A DNA stretch of 63,787 nucleotides, filler included, from Rhabdomonas costata (Eukaryota): NCBI GenBank assembly GCA_019059605.1. It is 45 parts of 45 records of this genome, joined end to end, with 100 filler letters (N's around TTAATTAATTAA, not from the genome) between each part and the next. Parts side by side here need not be neighbours in the genome. Positions count along the whole stretch, not along the records: positions 25,567 to 26,886 come from JAHMHO010019525.1; positions 26,987 to 28,306 come from JAHMHO010019526.1; positions 28,407 to 29,728 come from JAHMHO010019527.1; positions 29,829 to 31,148 come from JAHMHO010019528.1; positions 31,249 to 32,568 come from JAHMHO010019529.1; positions 32,669 to 33,988 come from JAHMHO010019530.1; positions 34,089 to 35,408 come from JAHMHO010019531.1; positions 35,509 to 36,828 come from JAHMHO010019532.1; 37 more parts are not named here. One strand, 5' to 3'. The translations under genes and the position numbers were made by a program. The notes under the pieces are model-generated. The model was not told the DNA's origin, ran no database searches, and worked only from the letters and a program-made list of their open reading frames with translations. Of the stretch, positions 25,567 through 38,563 are shown in pieces; position 1 is the first letter of the stretch; each line of letters starts with the position of its first letter.

Positions 25567-25930
25567 GTTCTGCGTTTGGTCTTTGGGTGTTTGGGTTTTT
25601 GCTTTCGGTGTTTGGTTTTCGTCTTCGGGTTTTGGTTTTCGTCTTCGGGTTTTAGTTTTCGGTCTTCGGGGTTTGGGTCTTTGGTTTTCGTCTTCTGGGG
25701 TTCGGGTGTCTTCTTTCTGTCTTCGGTGTCGGGGGATGCGGCGGTTGGAGTCCGGGTTCTGGAATGGACCTTTGTGCTTATGTCCCTTGGGATATCATTG
25801 GCAATCATTGTCGTCTGACCAATGCCAATGGTTGAACACCTATTCCAAACAAGGTGGCCGTATTTAGTAGGCCGGGTTCGGGTTCGGTCTCGGCTTCGGG
25901 TTCGGGTTCGTGTCTGCGACTCGGGTTCAT
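25567..25930 (+). repeat. Degenerate G/T-rich tandem repeats (GGTTTTCGTCTTCG-like and GGGTTC units)
   Basis: Repeated ggttttcgtcttcgggtttt at ~25612-25700 and gggttc runs at ~25874-25930. Confidence 0.7.
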
Positions 25931-27249
25931 GCGTAGGGGTTAAGGTGCACAAGGATGGTGATGTTACGTTGGGACTTTCGCGCTTGTGGCGGTGAATTTC
26001 CGTACGCTGTCCTTCCTCGGTGATGTGGTTTCTCGTTCTTGCTCAACCATTTCTTCGGTTTCGCTTACTGCCACCAATCGTTGCATGTACTGGGTTCTCG
26101 TCTCTGTTGTTGTGTCTCGGGGTTACGTTCACGGTTCTCGGTCGGAGTTACGATCTCTTACGCCACAGAAAAGGATGGTGACGTTAACGTTGGGATTTGC
26201 TCGAAAGGCCCGCTATATTGGTGGGTTTGTCCCTGGGGAGTGTTTGTGGAACTGGATAGCCATGTGGGTATCTGTCATTAGCTGTGGGTAAACACCGGGG
26301 AAGACGTTTGGAAGGTGAGGGTGGCTATCGGGTGAATCTATGCTATGGTTTTGCGTAGCCTCTGTGATCTTGACGTTGCTTGAGCTTGATGCACTGTGAT
26401 CCTGGGGTGGGGACGCGGTGAGGGTGTGGTGTGTAGAACCACGTGACCAGCGATGCCCTCGCAAAATGAGAGGCCATTTACCAGTTGATGCGATCTTGTC
26501 GTCCAGCTAACCTCAGCCGGGATTTCTGCTGTCACGTCGGTGTTGGTACTTCGCGCGTACTTCTTTTTGTCCGCATTACGACTGGAAGGTTGTGCGTGTA
26601 TCCCAGCTAAGACACTGACTGGTCCCGTAGATTCGGGTGCAATCCACTCCCTTACACATATCAAACATGCACTACCCTATCCATTGGCTTCGATGTAGGA
26701 CACGTTGCCTGTATGTCATCAACAATGGGGGTGTTGCCCTATTAGTAGTGGTATACGCGTCATGTGCTACACCTTTATATTGGTGGTGGTATCGTTGGTG
26801 GTCGTGATAGGGTGTCAGGGCATCACCCCAACCCGTGTGTCAGTCCTTGTGCTGTACTGCTACACCAACAGCACACACGCACAAACNNNNNNNNNNNNNN
26901 NNNNNNNNNNNNNNNNNNNNNNNNNNNNNNTTAATTAATTAANNNNNNNNNNNNNNNNNNNNNNNNNNNNNNNNNNNNNNNNNNNNGTTTTTGTGTTTTG
27001 CGCCGTAGACCGTCGCCGTGTCTACTTCCACTTCGTCCCCGAGCAGCAGCAAAGCTACCATACATTACTACAATACTCAAAGTGAAAGTGGCAAAAAAAA
27101 CATGTGCATCCTTCTCTGGCTGAGCTTCCAGCATCGGTGAATTATGAGTGCTCTTCAAGATTTACTCAAGCCCACTTTATTTACGGTGCAGAGAGCTTGG
27201 CCACTCTTACGTTTTATGATTATGCTTTTTGTTCAACAACGCTGTACAG

Positions 27250-27933
27250 GTGATGTCCAACCGCACCGCAGACTCCTGGGAGCGCTCTCAGGCCATGTTT
27301 CCAAGGTACCACCGCACGGCATGGGACCGGATGATTTACGCCGGGTGCGTGGAGTTGGCCCGCGTCAGTGTGTGGAGAACTCCTGGGTACTACAATTTCC
27401 TGTGGTCCGTCGATTGGCTCGAAGGTGGCTGGCTGCTGTTTCAGCATCGTGCTTCCTTCTTTTTAACTGGTTTCATGTCTCACAAATCGATGCTCTAACA
27501 GGAGCGAAAAAGAGAAGATGGTGTAGATTGGCTGGTGATAAAATGTTCAGCTGGGGGTGTGCACTTTTCATCATTTCGCTCTGCACACGCGCTTCACGAC
27601 GCCTTTTTTGAAGGTGACAGAGACATGCCCATGTGTTAGTCAAGACAGTGTTCGATCTATCCGAAGCAAGCGAAAACCTGAACTCGATGGAGACTGCCAT
27701 GTTTTGCGCAAATTGAACTGCGTCCTATTCACCGGAGACAGCGCTATTGGGGGGGGCATGTATACGATGGTTCATTTCTCGGTGCCACGGGTCGTGTTAA
27801 TGCGGCCCATTGGCCCATTTCGAATTTTCTTAGTCTTAGAAGTGGCCAGATGGTGGCTGCCGCAAATAAAGAAGAGGGCTTCGTGTGTGGATTCTTCCTG
27901 ATGTTTTTGTCAACCTCTTGTGGCGAGCAGAAG
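27250..27933 (+). CDS. Hypothetical protein exons (27250-27386, 27843-27933)
   Basis: AG/GT-bounded, frame-compatible exons VMSNRTADSWERSQAMFPRYHRTAWDRMIYAGC... and GQMVAAANKEEGFVCGFF...; no family recognised. Confidence 0.45.
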
Positions 27934-30289
27934 GTTTTCTCTGCATCGGTCGCCATCCAGAGGTCACTTTCTATGGCACGTTACACCGTAAACTCAGAAC
28001 ACGTGCTTTTCAGACTCTGTAGCATGAAACGTTTGGAACATATCGTATGCATTCATACCAGCCTAGCGGCATTTAATAGCGTTCCCTGGACCGGGATGTA
28101 ACTTACCTTGGTATATAGAATACTGAATGCAAAGTCCACAATCCATAATCTGCAGGGGTGTACTTTCGGAGCTGGCTCGAGCAGGCCTTCAAAACGGTGT
28201 GGGTGGAGCTCACTGTGCCTCTTTCCGAATGGGCTTACCTCTGCGAGTTATGGATTGTGGACTTTGCATTCAGTATTCTATATACCAAGGTAAGTTACAC
28301 CCCAACNNNNNNNNNNNNNNNNNNNNNNNNNNNNNNNNNNNNNNNNNNNNTTAATTAATTAANNNNNNNNNNNNNNNNNNNNNNNNNNNNNNNNNNNNNN
28401 NNNNNNCTAGCCACTTCAAGTGTCTTAACCGCGCGCGCCCCAGCAGTCGGGATGGGGCAGCGGCCAAAGGCATACTGGCAAGTGAGGGCAAGTGGGAGTG
28501 TCCAAATCATTGCAACCGAGGACATTCCCCTCATACAGCCTAACCCAAAGCTTTGAGGGTGGCCGCATATAACTTCTTCACGTCAATTGTGGTGTTGCAA
28601 AGCACACGCCCCGTCGTACTGACGAGTCTGGGAGCTTCGACACGTGTTTTTTTTGCGGGGGGGGTTTCAATTTTAAACAGTATAAGGTTATTATATGGTA
28701 CCTTATAATACCCCCTCCCTGAAATTCTCAGATCCATAACTGGAAATGCAAGCGGCATCAAGGTAAGCTAAAAAAAAATCTCTGCAAAAACTCTTCTGCT
28801 CGGTTTCTCTCATGGTTTTGTCTCTTTGTCAATGCTCACATCGGAATTGTGAAAATGCGAGAGCTATCTGCAGCTATCGCCCCTTCGTGCAAACATGTGA
28901 GTGGGAATGAAGGCGAGGGGACGAATTTGTTTCGTGACTCCACCTCTCTGAAGTATGGACTGCGTGCTCGTAATCTGGCCAAGGGGTCGGCGCTGGGAGT
29001 AGAGGGCGAAAATCACGTTGTTTGCCAACTTTTCATGTTTTTTTTACAGCCCTCTCCGGCCAAACTCTTGCTCTTCTCCCTTGGCCGTTTTTCTCTCAAC
29101 ACTCTTCTCCTCAGCTTTCACTCGCGCGAGCTTAGCTTAACCTTATCTCGCGTGTCCAACCCCTCTCATCCCCTTTTCTGATTTTACCCCATGAGCCCTT
29201 TTAAGTCCACCTGGCTGTGGGGGTGCATTTGCGGTGTGGTGGTGTGCCTGTCGGGAGCGACGGAGACCTCTGCGGACCTTGGGCGGCACCTCTCCTTCTG
29301 GGGTACCTCGGCGGGCGGGTAGTGATCTGCTGCTACTCTGAATTCCAGGTTGCACTAGGTTGCGCCCAACGAGTGCACCAATCCGGTTTCCCCCTCGCAG
29401 TAACACCAACCTGTTGTGCTTGTCCCTCTTTTCCTGTTCTTTAGCCCTGTGGGTAAGTCTGTGTTGGTGCTTCCACAGTGGAGAGATGCCCTGAACTACG
29501 CGGTCAACCGGAGGGCTGGCCGAGAGCGGCCGCGGCGGTCCGCTTCCTCAGGTGAGCACAGGAGGTGAGGTGGTGGTTGGGGGGGGGGTCTGCTTCCTGC
29601 GCCCCTCTTCTCTCCAAGGGGCAAATATACGCTGGCTTCTTCTGGCTTCCCTCTCCCCTTTCCCCTCCCCCACCGTGGAAAGGCTCGGTGTGTGATCACT
29701 TGGACAACCCATCTCCTCTCTCCCTTGCNNNNNNNNNNNNNNNNNNNNNNNNNNNNNNNNNNNNNNNNNNNNTTAATTAATTAANNNNNNNNNNNNNNNN
29801 NNNNNNNNNNNNNNNNNNNNNNNNNNNNGTTGGGTGGGGGGGGGTTCCGTTGCCCCGCAAACCTGTGAGGGCAGTGTCCGAGCCAAGTTTCGCTCTGTTG
29901 TATTAAAGTTATGGTTGTGTACACAATGCAAGCCTTACTTTACAATGAACAGGACATTGATGTTTAGCCGTGCGGCGTTTTTCTTGGGAATCTCCATCCC
30001 AATTTCAGTGGAATTCGATGGAAAAGGCCTTTATTTAAAATTAGTTGCTGTACCGCAGAAAAAAATCCCCTCCGTGCTCTCGTCACCATGTATTTCCCAG
30101 CCTTGCTGCGTGTACCTCATTTTACGGTCACGTCAAGCTGTACGGGTGTTTATTCCGTGATTTGTCTTATTACGACAAATCATCTGTTGTGCTATCGGAT
30201 TATTACCCTATTTATGCGGTTTTGCTTGCGTGCTTACTTGCGGCTGTGATGCGACGAGGAACTCTGTGGGGAACACTCCTCTGCTCCAG

Positions 30290-31037
30290 GAAGAAGGTCA
30301 GCCTGCTGGTCTCCGAGCTGGTGGACTTCGATGCGGCGCTATCCGTGCTGTGCCCTGGAGACCTGATTGGCCTGCACGAGCGCTACCTGGTGCTGGTGCA
30401 GGAGGTCGCTAAGGCCACCAAGGGGGTCCTCACCGCGGTCTCAGGGGACCGCGTGGTGGTCAGCTGGAACGCCGCCTCCGCCGTGGGCAACCACGCCGAG
30501 CAAGTGCGTGTGCCTGCCTGCCTCCTTTGTAGATTATGCGCGAGATGGAATGGCGCCCAAGGGGTGCGTGGTTGCTGGCCGGTTTTGGGCTGCTGATGGG
30601 TGCAGATATGTGTGGGAATACGAGCAGGACAATGCTGTGGGTGAGGCTGCACAGCACGCCAAGGCTTATCATGCGCGCGAGTTGGCCACACCTTTCTGCT
30701 CCGGCTCGCTTTCCAAACTCATCTGACCTGTGGCATCTCGTAATAAAGAGATATGGGTAGGCACCCTATGAACTTGCGGATAAGAAGAAAAGCGCGGGAA
30801 AGAACCAGTTTTCGCCACCCCTTTTCAGCTTAGTCCCAAGATACCTGATTTAGAGAGCACATTTTTTCCTTTGTGACGTTTTCTTCCGTCTGCCTATGAT
30901 GGATCCATTCTGTGTGTGTTGGGGGGGGTGTCAGGCATGCAACGCTGCGCTGACCCTGCGTGATACTGTCGCCCGCAACAAGGACTTTTTGGGGCGCAAG
31001 CTGCGCAGCTCCGTGACCACGGGGGAGGCCCACGTGG
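30290..31037 (+). CDS. Divergent class III cyclase domain (exons 30290-30503, 30935-31037)
   Basis: KKVSLLVSELVDF...HERYL...ATKGVLTAVSGDRVVVSWNA...HAEQ|ACNAAL...LRSSVTTGEAHVG. Confidence 0.8.
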
Positions 31038-31304
31038 GTTTGCGTTGCCTTCGCCATGGGGCTGGAGGGTGAAGAGCTTAGGTTAGATTTAGGTTCAATC
31101 CTCGAAGTTACAGGTGATGAGCCTTCGATGGAATCATCAACCACAAACNNNNNNNNNNNNNNNNNNNNNNNNNNNNNNNNNNNNNNNNNNNNTTAATTAA
31201 TTAANNNNNNNNNNNNNNNNNNNNNNNNNNNNNNNNNNNNNNNNNNNNTTTTTTGTGGGGTTGAGGTGGTGTTGGCAGCGAGTGCAGGCTGCACACCAGC
31301 ATTA

Positions 31305-32568
31305 CCATTGGCAGGAGTGGGCATGCACTGGCAGCGATCAGCCTGCTGCAACACCGCGTGGAGGATGTTCAGCAGCACGGTGTGGATCTGGGGGTGGCAG
31401 GCTTTCTCAGGGTGCACGCCATCTCCGCGAAGGCACCGAAACGGAGGCTCGAAAAGGAAGTCTGTGGGAAGGAGGCCGCACGATACAAAAAGCTAGGAAC
31501 GCCAAGGCTACAGGCGTGGAACCGTGAACTCTGTTCATACCCGCGATTCTTGGAGTATTGCTTTCAGGTGCGCGTCTGGCGAAGTGAGAGGTCACCTAAA
31601 ATTCTCCGAATGTCACATGGTCACTACGTGATCTCGAAATGATCTCATTATATTTCCCGCAATGCGTCGGAAAACCACCCCCGTGTGCAAACTTGGCTTG
31701 TGCACATTTCAGCACTGCTGACACACAATATAAATGAAGGGAAAGCATAGAAACACGAAAATGCAGGCAGCGAACAACCCAGGTTTAGCACGAGAACCCC
31801 GGCCTCCTCGAAAGCGGGGTATAGAATCTCCGCCATCTTAGACAGCAGCGCCTGAGTCTCGGTGCACGGGGCGATGGACATCTTTGAAATCCACAGGGAT
31901 CCTGTGGGAAAGGGGTTCCGATTCATATGCAAACTTCACTAAGTTAAAACTGTCGCCAGAAGAAAGCAAAAAAAAAAAACGAAAGTCAAAAGCCGTTTTA
32001 GAAAGAGGAAGGAAGCAGCAACCTGACATGGCCCAACGCGACACGATCTAAGCTTCGGCGTCTGTTTTTTCAGCCGACAGACGTTCATAACAAACCCATC
32101 GCTGGGTTTGACGGAACTTGGAAAGTAAGGGTAAGGGGGAAAGAAAGAGTCTATCATCTCCATGCAAAGCATGATTTTTCTCTCAACCTCTTCAAAACAT
32201 TTGCAACCCAACAGCCCACAATTACACACAGGTGTTCAAACACTATCAGCATCAGCACGTTTCGCCACAGGAAGAATGACGAACCAAGGCAGCTACAATC
32301 TCGCGTCTTTTAGGAAAGACTTTTTCAGAATGGCCGCAAAAAAAAACAAAGCACCTTCGCAATTCAGCCGAAGAGTGCTGCGGTATATGAACAGCGGGCG
32401 GGGCAGCGTCGGGCACCCCTGGCCCGAGCCCTTCCGCAGAGGCCTGGTGAGCGCGCGAAGCCGTGCGGCAAACTGGTGCACGGTCTCTCGGTAATTCTGG
32501 AGGAACTCCTCTACCCTGTGGGAGAGGTCACACAGGGTTTTCAGAATCCACAGGCAACCCCCCCACAC
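31305..32568 (-). CDS. SGNH/PC-esterase-like protein, partial (exons to 32355, 31901-31779, from 31461)
   Basis: Spliced in frame: PLFIYRST...AFEEAGVLVLNL|DFLFEPPFRCLRGDGVHP...LLNIL; DxxH motif followed by the terminal helix. Confidence 0.55.
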
Positions 32569-34229
32569 NNNNNNNNNNNNNNNNNNNNNNNNNNNNNNNN
32601 NNNNNNNNNNNNTTAATTAATTAANNNNNNNNNNNNNNNNNNNNNNNNNNNNNNNNNNNNNNNNNNNNTCTGGTTGGTGGAGTGATCATTTTTCTGTAGA
32701 CTTCCCCCGAAACCAGCCCACACCCAAGAGAGATGGCGTTTTTCGGGGGAAGTCTACAGAAAAATGATCACTCCAACAACCAGGCCAGGCACAAACTCTT
32801 AGGCTCCTCTTAGCTGCTCTATTGCCAGGCCATGTCCATCGCCAGCAGTATCAATGAGAAAGGAGAGGAGAGATCATATATCCAGGTCGATGAGGGGGGG
32901 AGTATCGAGAGATCTAGATACCCACTCACCATCCGTACAAAGTTTATTGCTCCATCGAATGGATACAGTTGTCTTGGGGGCCACGAATTTCTCACCGAGT
33001 CGTTACGGTTCCCCTGGAGCTCGCTGTGTTGCCCCACCAGTTAGGTGTGCTCACTTGTCCTCCAGCCAGGTGGTAAGATAGGGGTGTAGCTCCACCTCAA
33101 GCTATAGGGACAGTGTAATACATGACAGCAAAACGCACAGAATCTATTCCAAGTGGCTCCAAGCATAAGGTGCCACGGTGTGGGAGCTGCTGGCCAATGC
33201 GTGACAAGCGAGCTGGTAGGTGCGCAGTGGTAGGTCTCACCGTAAACGTGACCAGGTGAGTAGCGGTCTCATGATTGCGGCAGAGTGTTGGGCGTTGGTC
33301 GGCTGGGTGGGGGAAGACAGGATGCAGAATAAATGGAGGATTCTACTGCGTGTGAGTCTTGAAAATGAAAAGTTACCACGTCGTAATTACCTTCCATGAA
33401 CGTCGTCCGCAGCCCCAACTTGAAGGAACAGATGATTCGCACCCACTCGCAAAGAAGCAATGAGGAAGAGGTGAACAAGAAGAGTGTAAGCAGCGCGCGT
33501 TTCGCGGGGCCCCAGTGACCGTGGCCAGTGGCAGGCCATGTTCAAGGAAAACAAAGGCGAAAGCCCTGGAACAGCGCCGCCAAAAAATGAGGCGAAGAAG
33601 GCAAACACCACAAGGTTGCATACAGGGAACTCCCAGGAAATAATGGGAGGCCAACTGATTGCTAGTAGGCAGGCCTCCCGAAAGCGGGCGCGGAAGTTCA
33701 GAAGGAAACGAAGGGGGCACAGGGGTGCACATAGTCTTGGACAGGAAAAAGGGAGGAAGAAAAAAGTGCCGCGGCGACTTCGCCGTTAACGTTTCTGCGG
33801 AAGAAGTTAGGTGGGAGGGAGACCAATGCCCTGGTCTGCGCTGGGAACGCCGGCATATCAAAAACGCGGAGGAGAGACCATGCCAAGGGGAGGCCAGGCG
33901 CCCTGCAGCAGAAATGCACAGCCAAGGGAACTCAAGGGAACTACAAACCAGCATTAGCGGTGGCGTTTTGTGAAAGGGAACAACAACANNNNNNNNNNNN
34001 NNNNNNNNNNNNNNNNNNNNNNNNNNNNNNNNTTAATTAATTAANNNNNNNNNNNNNNNNNNNNNNNNNNNNNNNNNNNNNNNNNNNNTTTTTGTGGTTG
34101 CACTTGCGTGTGTGTGTTGTTTCCACTTGGAAATGGTTCCTTGTTCGATTCTTTCTGTTTTTCCGCCTTTTCTCCTTTTCTCCTCTTGTGTGTGTGTGTG
34201 CTTTTCTGTGCTGTGTGTTTCAACCTCAG

Positions 34230-35188
34230 TTCCCACGACGGGCAGAGACGTCTTGTTTGTCTCTCTCTCGGCCGTCACCGTGGGGGCGCTGGCAGGCTAC
34301 CCCCTGGAGGTCGTGCTCACCCGCCTTGCCTTGCGAGATTCCGCCACCTCCGCGGGCTTCCTGCGGTGTGCCTCTTTGTGCGTGTCCGTGTGTGTGTGAT
34401 CGTGCGCACGGTTGTGATTTGCACACAGACGTTGAAGGGCTGTACACGCTCTGCAGACACTGTGCTCAGCAATGTGTTTCTTGGCGCAGAGAGAAGATTA
34501 ACGGATGGATGGATGGATGGACGGACGGACGGATGGATTCCAGGCGTGAAAAAAGAAAGATGAAGGCTAAAAACATGTCCCATGCGTATACCCGCGCGTT
34601 GCCTAGGTCTATGCATGATGGGCTATAAATAACTGTTGGGAGCTGTGCGGTTCTTGCTCTCCAGGTCCGCCGTCTTCCCCACGGGTCCCAGGGCGGATAT
34701 GCTCGCGTAAAACTGTTCGCCCGTCTCATGACAAGGCAGCGTTCTCGAAGGGGTTCGCGGTTTTTAGCACCTCCTGCTGTTCCGAACTTTCGCATCCTGT
34801 TTCCCACAACGGGGCGCGGCGCATCCGAAATCTTTTACACTGTGAGGTATGGTGTACGTGACTGCTTCAGGTTTGAGGCTCGGTATGTTCGATGTTCAAC
34901 GCTGCCTCCCAGCCCAAAATTCGATCTCCTTGCATGTCAGGGGGCCTCCCACGTTTTCACTAGCTCCCTTTTCCTCTGTTTTCCCTCTCCGGGATTCATC
35001 CTGTCTGCAGTGAACTGCTGGACTGCATGCTTGAGATCATCGCGAAGGAGGGCTGGGGTGGCTTTTTTGTGGGGCTGCTCCCCCGCACGGTGATGCTGGG
35101 CCTCAAGGCTGTTGCCAGGCTGGAGACAGCGCTCCTGTTTCGCCTTTTTGGGAGCCCACAGAAACTTTTCCCAACCCAGGTCTGTTGA
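34230..35188 (+). CDS. Mitochondrial carrier family repeat (exons ~34230-34365, from 35011)
   Basis: AGYPLEVVLTRL (Px[DE]xx[KR]-like) ... R|ELLDCMLEIIAKEGWGGFFVGLLPR; phase-2 GT-AG intron. Confidence 0.85.
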
Positions 35189-35571
35189 TTTGGAGCAAGG
35201 GGTTTCGCTCCCACCGAGCACTGCCACAGAAATTCGTCTGTCCCTGTGTCCTGGTCTCTGTCTGTCTCCTTCTCTCTCTTTCAAATCTACCCACACCCCG
35301 TTTGAGGCCACTTGTCGTTATTCGCATTTCTTTTTACTGAGTACGTATAAGAATTTCTCGCCTTTTGCTACTTCCTGTAGCCATTTATACTCTCGCCACA
35401 CACCCACCNNNNNNNNNNNNNNNNNNNNNNNNNNNNNNNNNNNNNNNNNNNNTTAATTAATTAANNNNNNNNNNNNNNNNNNNNNNNNNNNNNNNNNNNN
35501 NNNNNNNNGGTTGGGGTGGTATGCCAGTTTACGTTCTGCTGTGGTTCTGGTGGGTTGTGTACTGGCTAAAG

Positions 35572-36784
35572 GTTGAGCAGCAGTTGAGGGAGCTCGTGGA
35601 CACGTGCCCCGCCTCTGAGGCCGCGCTGGACTGGGGAGGTTTGGGGAACCTCATGAGCAGCTCTGGCTTGTCCGAGGAGGAGGACACCGCGCTGGGTGGG
35701 GTCCCTCCGGACGACCCCCTCACCCTGAGGCGGTTCTGGGTGGGCGCCCGAATCTGCGCCCAGATCCGCAACACGGTTCACCTTTTCTGACTCCTCCACT
35801 TTTCTATTCAGTCCCCCCCCCCGGCTTCCCTCCACAGCAGCTTCTCCGCAGAGTCCCTCATTGTCGTCATTCTTGCTCGCACTCACACTTTTTGAGTTGA
35901 TGCTTTTACTGTGAATTATTGCCCCCTTTCCCTTGTCCAAACTGTGAACCTATGCCTCACACAATAGTCCGGGGCACAGAGTGTTCTGGGCACGCAAAAA
36001 GGGCAATGCGAGAAATTTCTTCTGCAACAAAATGGATCCATAGGCCACAAAGTTTTAAATTACAGGGGGAGAGGCGTGAGAAGAGGGTGTGTGGAGAGCA
36101 GTTTAGACAAAGAAGAGGAGGGGAAAAGAACAGGAAGGGAATGAACGAAGAAGAGGGAAAAAGCGTGCGCAAAAAACTGTGAAAGAAAGTGTGGTCTTTC
36201 ATTGGGTTTCTGACCCAGTTCACTTTCCATAATGCTTCTTGTTCATTTGAACCACTTGCACATTTGCTTTTTGGTGTTCTTTGCCTTTATCTCCAACTGC
36301 CGGCAAGCTGCTGTCTCCACTAAAGCGCCAGCCCCAAGAAGCAGACCAGCATACGAGGAGAAGGACACGTTTCCAGGCGAATTTCCAACTGGTTTCCCAA
36401 CAACCGTTCCCCCAGAAGGGTGCCTACCACTGAGGCGAGAGAGTCGATCAAATAATTCCTAATGAAACGGTTGTGTGTGTAACTCCTTACGATGTGTTTT
36501 GACTGAGGGGAGAATTTTCGAAGAGTTCCTCGTAGGGCGGAGAAAGGGGAGAAAGGCCGTGGACATCTGGACCTTAATTCAGGTTTTCGAGGAGTTAGGG
36601 TTCCACTGCAGCGCCGGGATCGGCCCCAGCAAGACGGTGGCCAAGGTGGCCTCCGCCACGCACAAGCCCAACCAGCAGACCACCGTCACTCCGGCGGGCA
36701 CCCCTGGGCTGCTGCGAGGGCTGCCCCTGACCAAGCTGCGGGGCTTCGGGGGGAAGTTTGGCAGGCAGGTCACCGAGGCCCTGG
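35572..36784 (+). CDS. POLH: Y-family DNA polymerase eta, partial (exons 35572-35775, 36583-36784)
   Basis: VGARICAQIRNT|VFEELGFHCSAGIGPSKTVAKVASATHKPNQQT...LPLTKLRGFGGKFG; KPNQQT with GGKxG is typical of pol eta. Confidence 0.85.
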
Positions 36785-36928
36785 GTACCGCCGAGAAGGC
36801 ACGTGCCACCAGCGTCCACAAACAAACCNNNNNNNNNNNNNNNNNNNNNNNNNNNNNNNNNNNNNNNNNNNNTTAATTAATTAANNNNNNNNNNNNNNNN
36901 NNNNNNNNNNNNNNNNNNNNNNNNNNNN

Positions 36929-37532
36929 CCGCCTCTGCGACCTCACCTTGCCGAAGGAGAGCCGCGTTTTCATCTCCAACATTGGAGATGAGGTGATGTC
37001 TTCGGACCTGTACCCAATCTTTAAGCCGTTCGCCGAGGGTGGCCCGATGCAGGTGTCAACATGCCTGTGCTCTAGAAAGGGGTGTGGTAGGTTTTTGGTT
37101 TCTGGAAGCTGGGAGTCGTTCTCAATTAGTCTTGACACGTCTCGTGTGCCCTTTCCTTGTCCCTGAGAACGGCCTAGCTTTGTCATGGCTGTGGGCTAAG
37201 GTTCCGACTTGGTGTTGTTCTTGCCCACAGAAAATAGGAGCCGGAAAGTGATCTCAGCTTTGGCCTGGTTTTGCGTCTCTCCCAGATATGCGAATATTGA
37301 TACCGGGACTTTAAAGACTTTTTGCCCCATCGCCCCATACCTCCCAAAACTGTGAAGAGGGTGCTGCTGCTGTTTCTTTTGGACCTTTTGCCGCGCTCAG
37401 GTGGTGATCAAACGAAGCAAACGCTATGCACTGGTGGGCTTTCCAAAGGAGTCCCACGCAGCGGATGCCGTGAAGGTCCTTGGAAACATTCAAGTGAAGG
37501 ACTCTTTCCTTTACTTGTACCTGAGTGACTAG
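36929..37532 (+). CDS. C-terminal RRM domain protein (exons to 37052, 37401-37532)
   Basis: RVFISNI (RNP2)...DLYPIFKPF...|KRYALVGF (RNP1)...AADAVKVL...LYLYLSD*. Confidence 0.75.
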
Positions 37533-38003
37533 GGTGGTGGTCATGAGACCATATCGGCCATCGTTTGGTTTGGGTGGTTAGAGCATTCTCTAAATCCATG
37601 AAGTGTGACCGTATCCGATGAATTTCGTTGTTGGTCTTGGATGATGGAGAGAGCTTGTGAATTTCGTGTCAACACGTCACTGATGGTTTCGCTCCTCGTT
37701 TCAGTGCGTTATTCGAGCCCTCCACAAAGGAATGCTGGTGAAGCACAGGGATTTTTTTGGACAATGCGGCTTCTGTGGTTGAACAGCGAATCGGATTCTG
37801 AACGCTGCATCGGATTCTGAACGTTGCTTCGTTTCAGGGTGTTCAATTAGTTCTGCTCGAAGCGCTAAACACAGGTGTCGTGACGCTCGGGTGCACCCCT
37901 TCTTCTTGCACAGGCCCCCCGTGTTATTCTCTTTTTCATCTTTGTGTGATTCTCACCCTCATCTCTTTTGCTTTTTGCGGCCTTTTTTCCCCTTTGCACG
38001 ACA

Positions 38004-38130
38004 ATGACTGATGCGATTGTTGAAGCTGTTACGGAAGCCGTCCGCCGCGAGCTCACCGCACAGGAGAAGGCCCTTCTGGGGGCTTTGTCCCCTCAAGGAG
38101 TGGCCAAGCTCAACGCAGACCTGATCAAAG
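38004..38130 (+). CDS. First exon of an unknown protein
   Basis: acaATG MTDAIVEAVTEAVRRELTAQEKALLGALSPQGVAKLNADLIK, then gtctgc donor; pyrimidine-rich upstream region. Confidence 0.55.
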
Positions 38131-38563
38131 GTCTGCGACCTCCTTGCGACATACCCTTTGTCCCTTGGGAATGGCATCTGTGCTCGTCTTGCCTGCACCT
38201 TCTGAAGGGTTCCGAAACGTCAACAATCCTGCCCCCCTCCACCCCACANNNNNNNNNNNNNNNNNNNNNNNNNNNNNNNNNNNNNNNNNNNNTTAATTAA
38301 TTAANNNNNNNNNNNNNNNNNNNNNNNNNNNNNNNNNNNNNNNNNNNNGGGGTTTTTTCCAGAGGTCAAGGCCTCAACTCGACAAAGCCCGCATGGCTGC
38401 AAGCTTTCAAAATCTGGGTATTCTGAAACAGTATGTGGGGAATGATGGATACAAATGGCACCCTTTTGTGCGAATCCATATCGCCCTCCAAGCAGGTTTC
38501 GAGAAAGGGAGGGGAAAATTCCCCTGACGCACAAAAATACATCCCTCACAGACATACACGTAC

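Noticed and set aside
25515-25952. K/T/R/P-rich 145-aa ORF
   Set aside because: Arises from low-complexity G/T repeats; no coding-like codon bias or splice structure.
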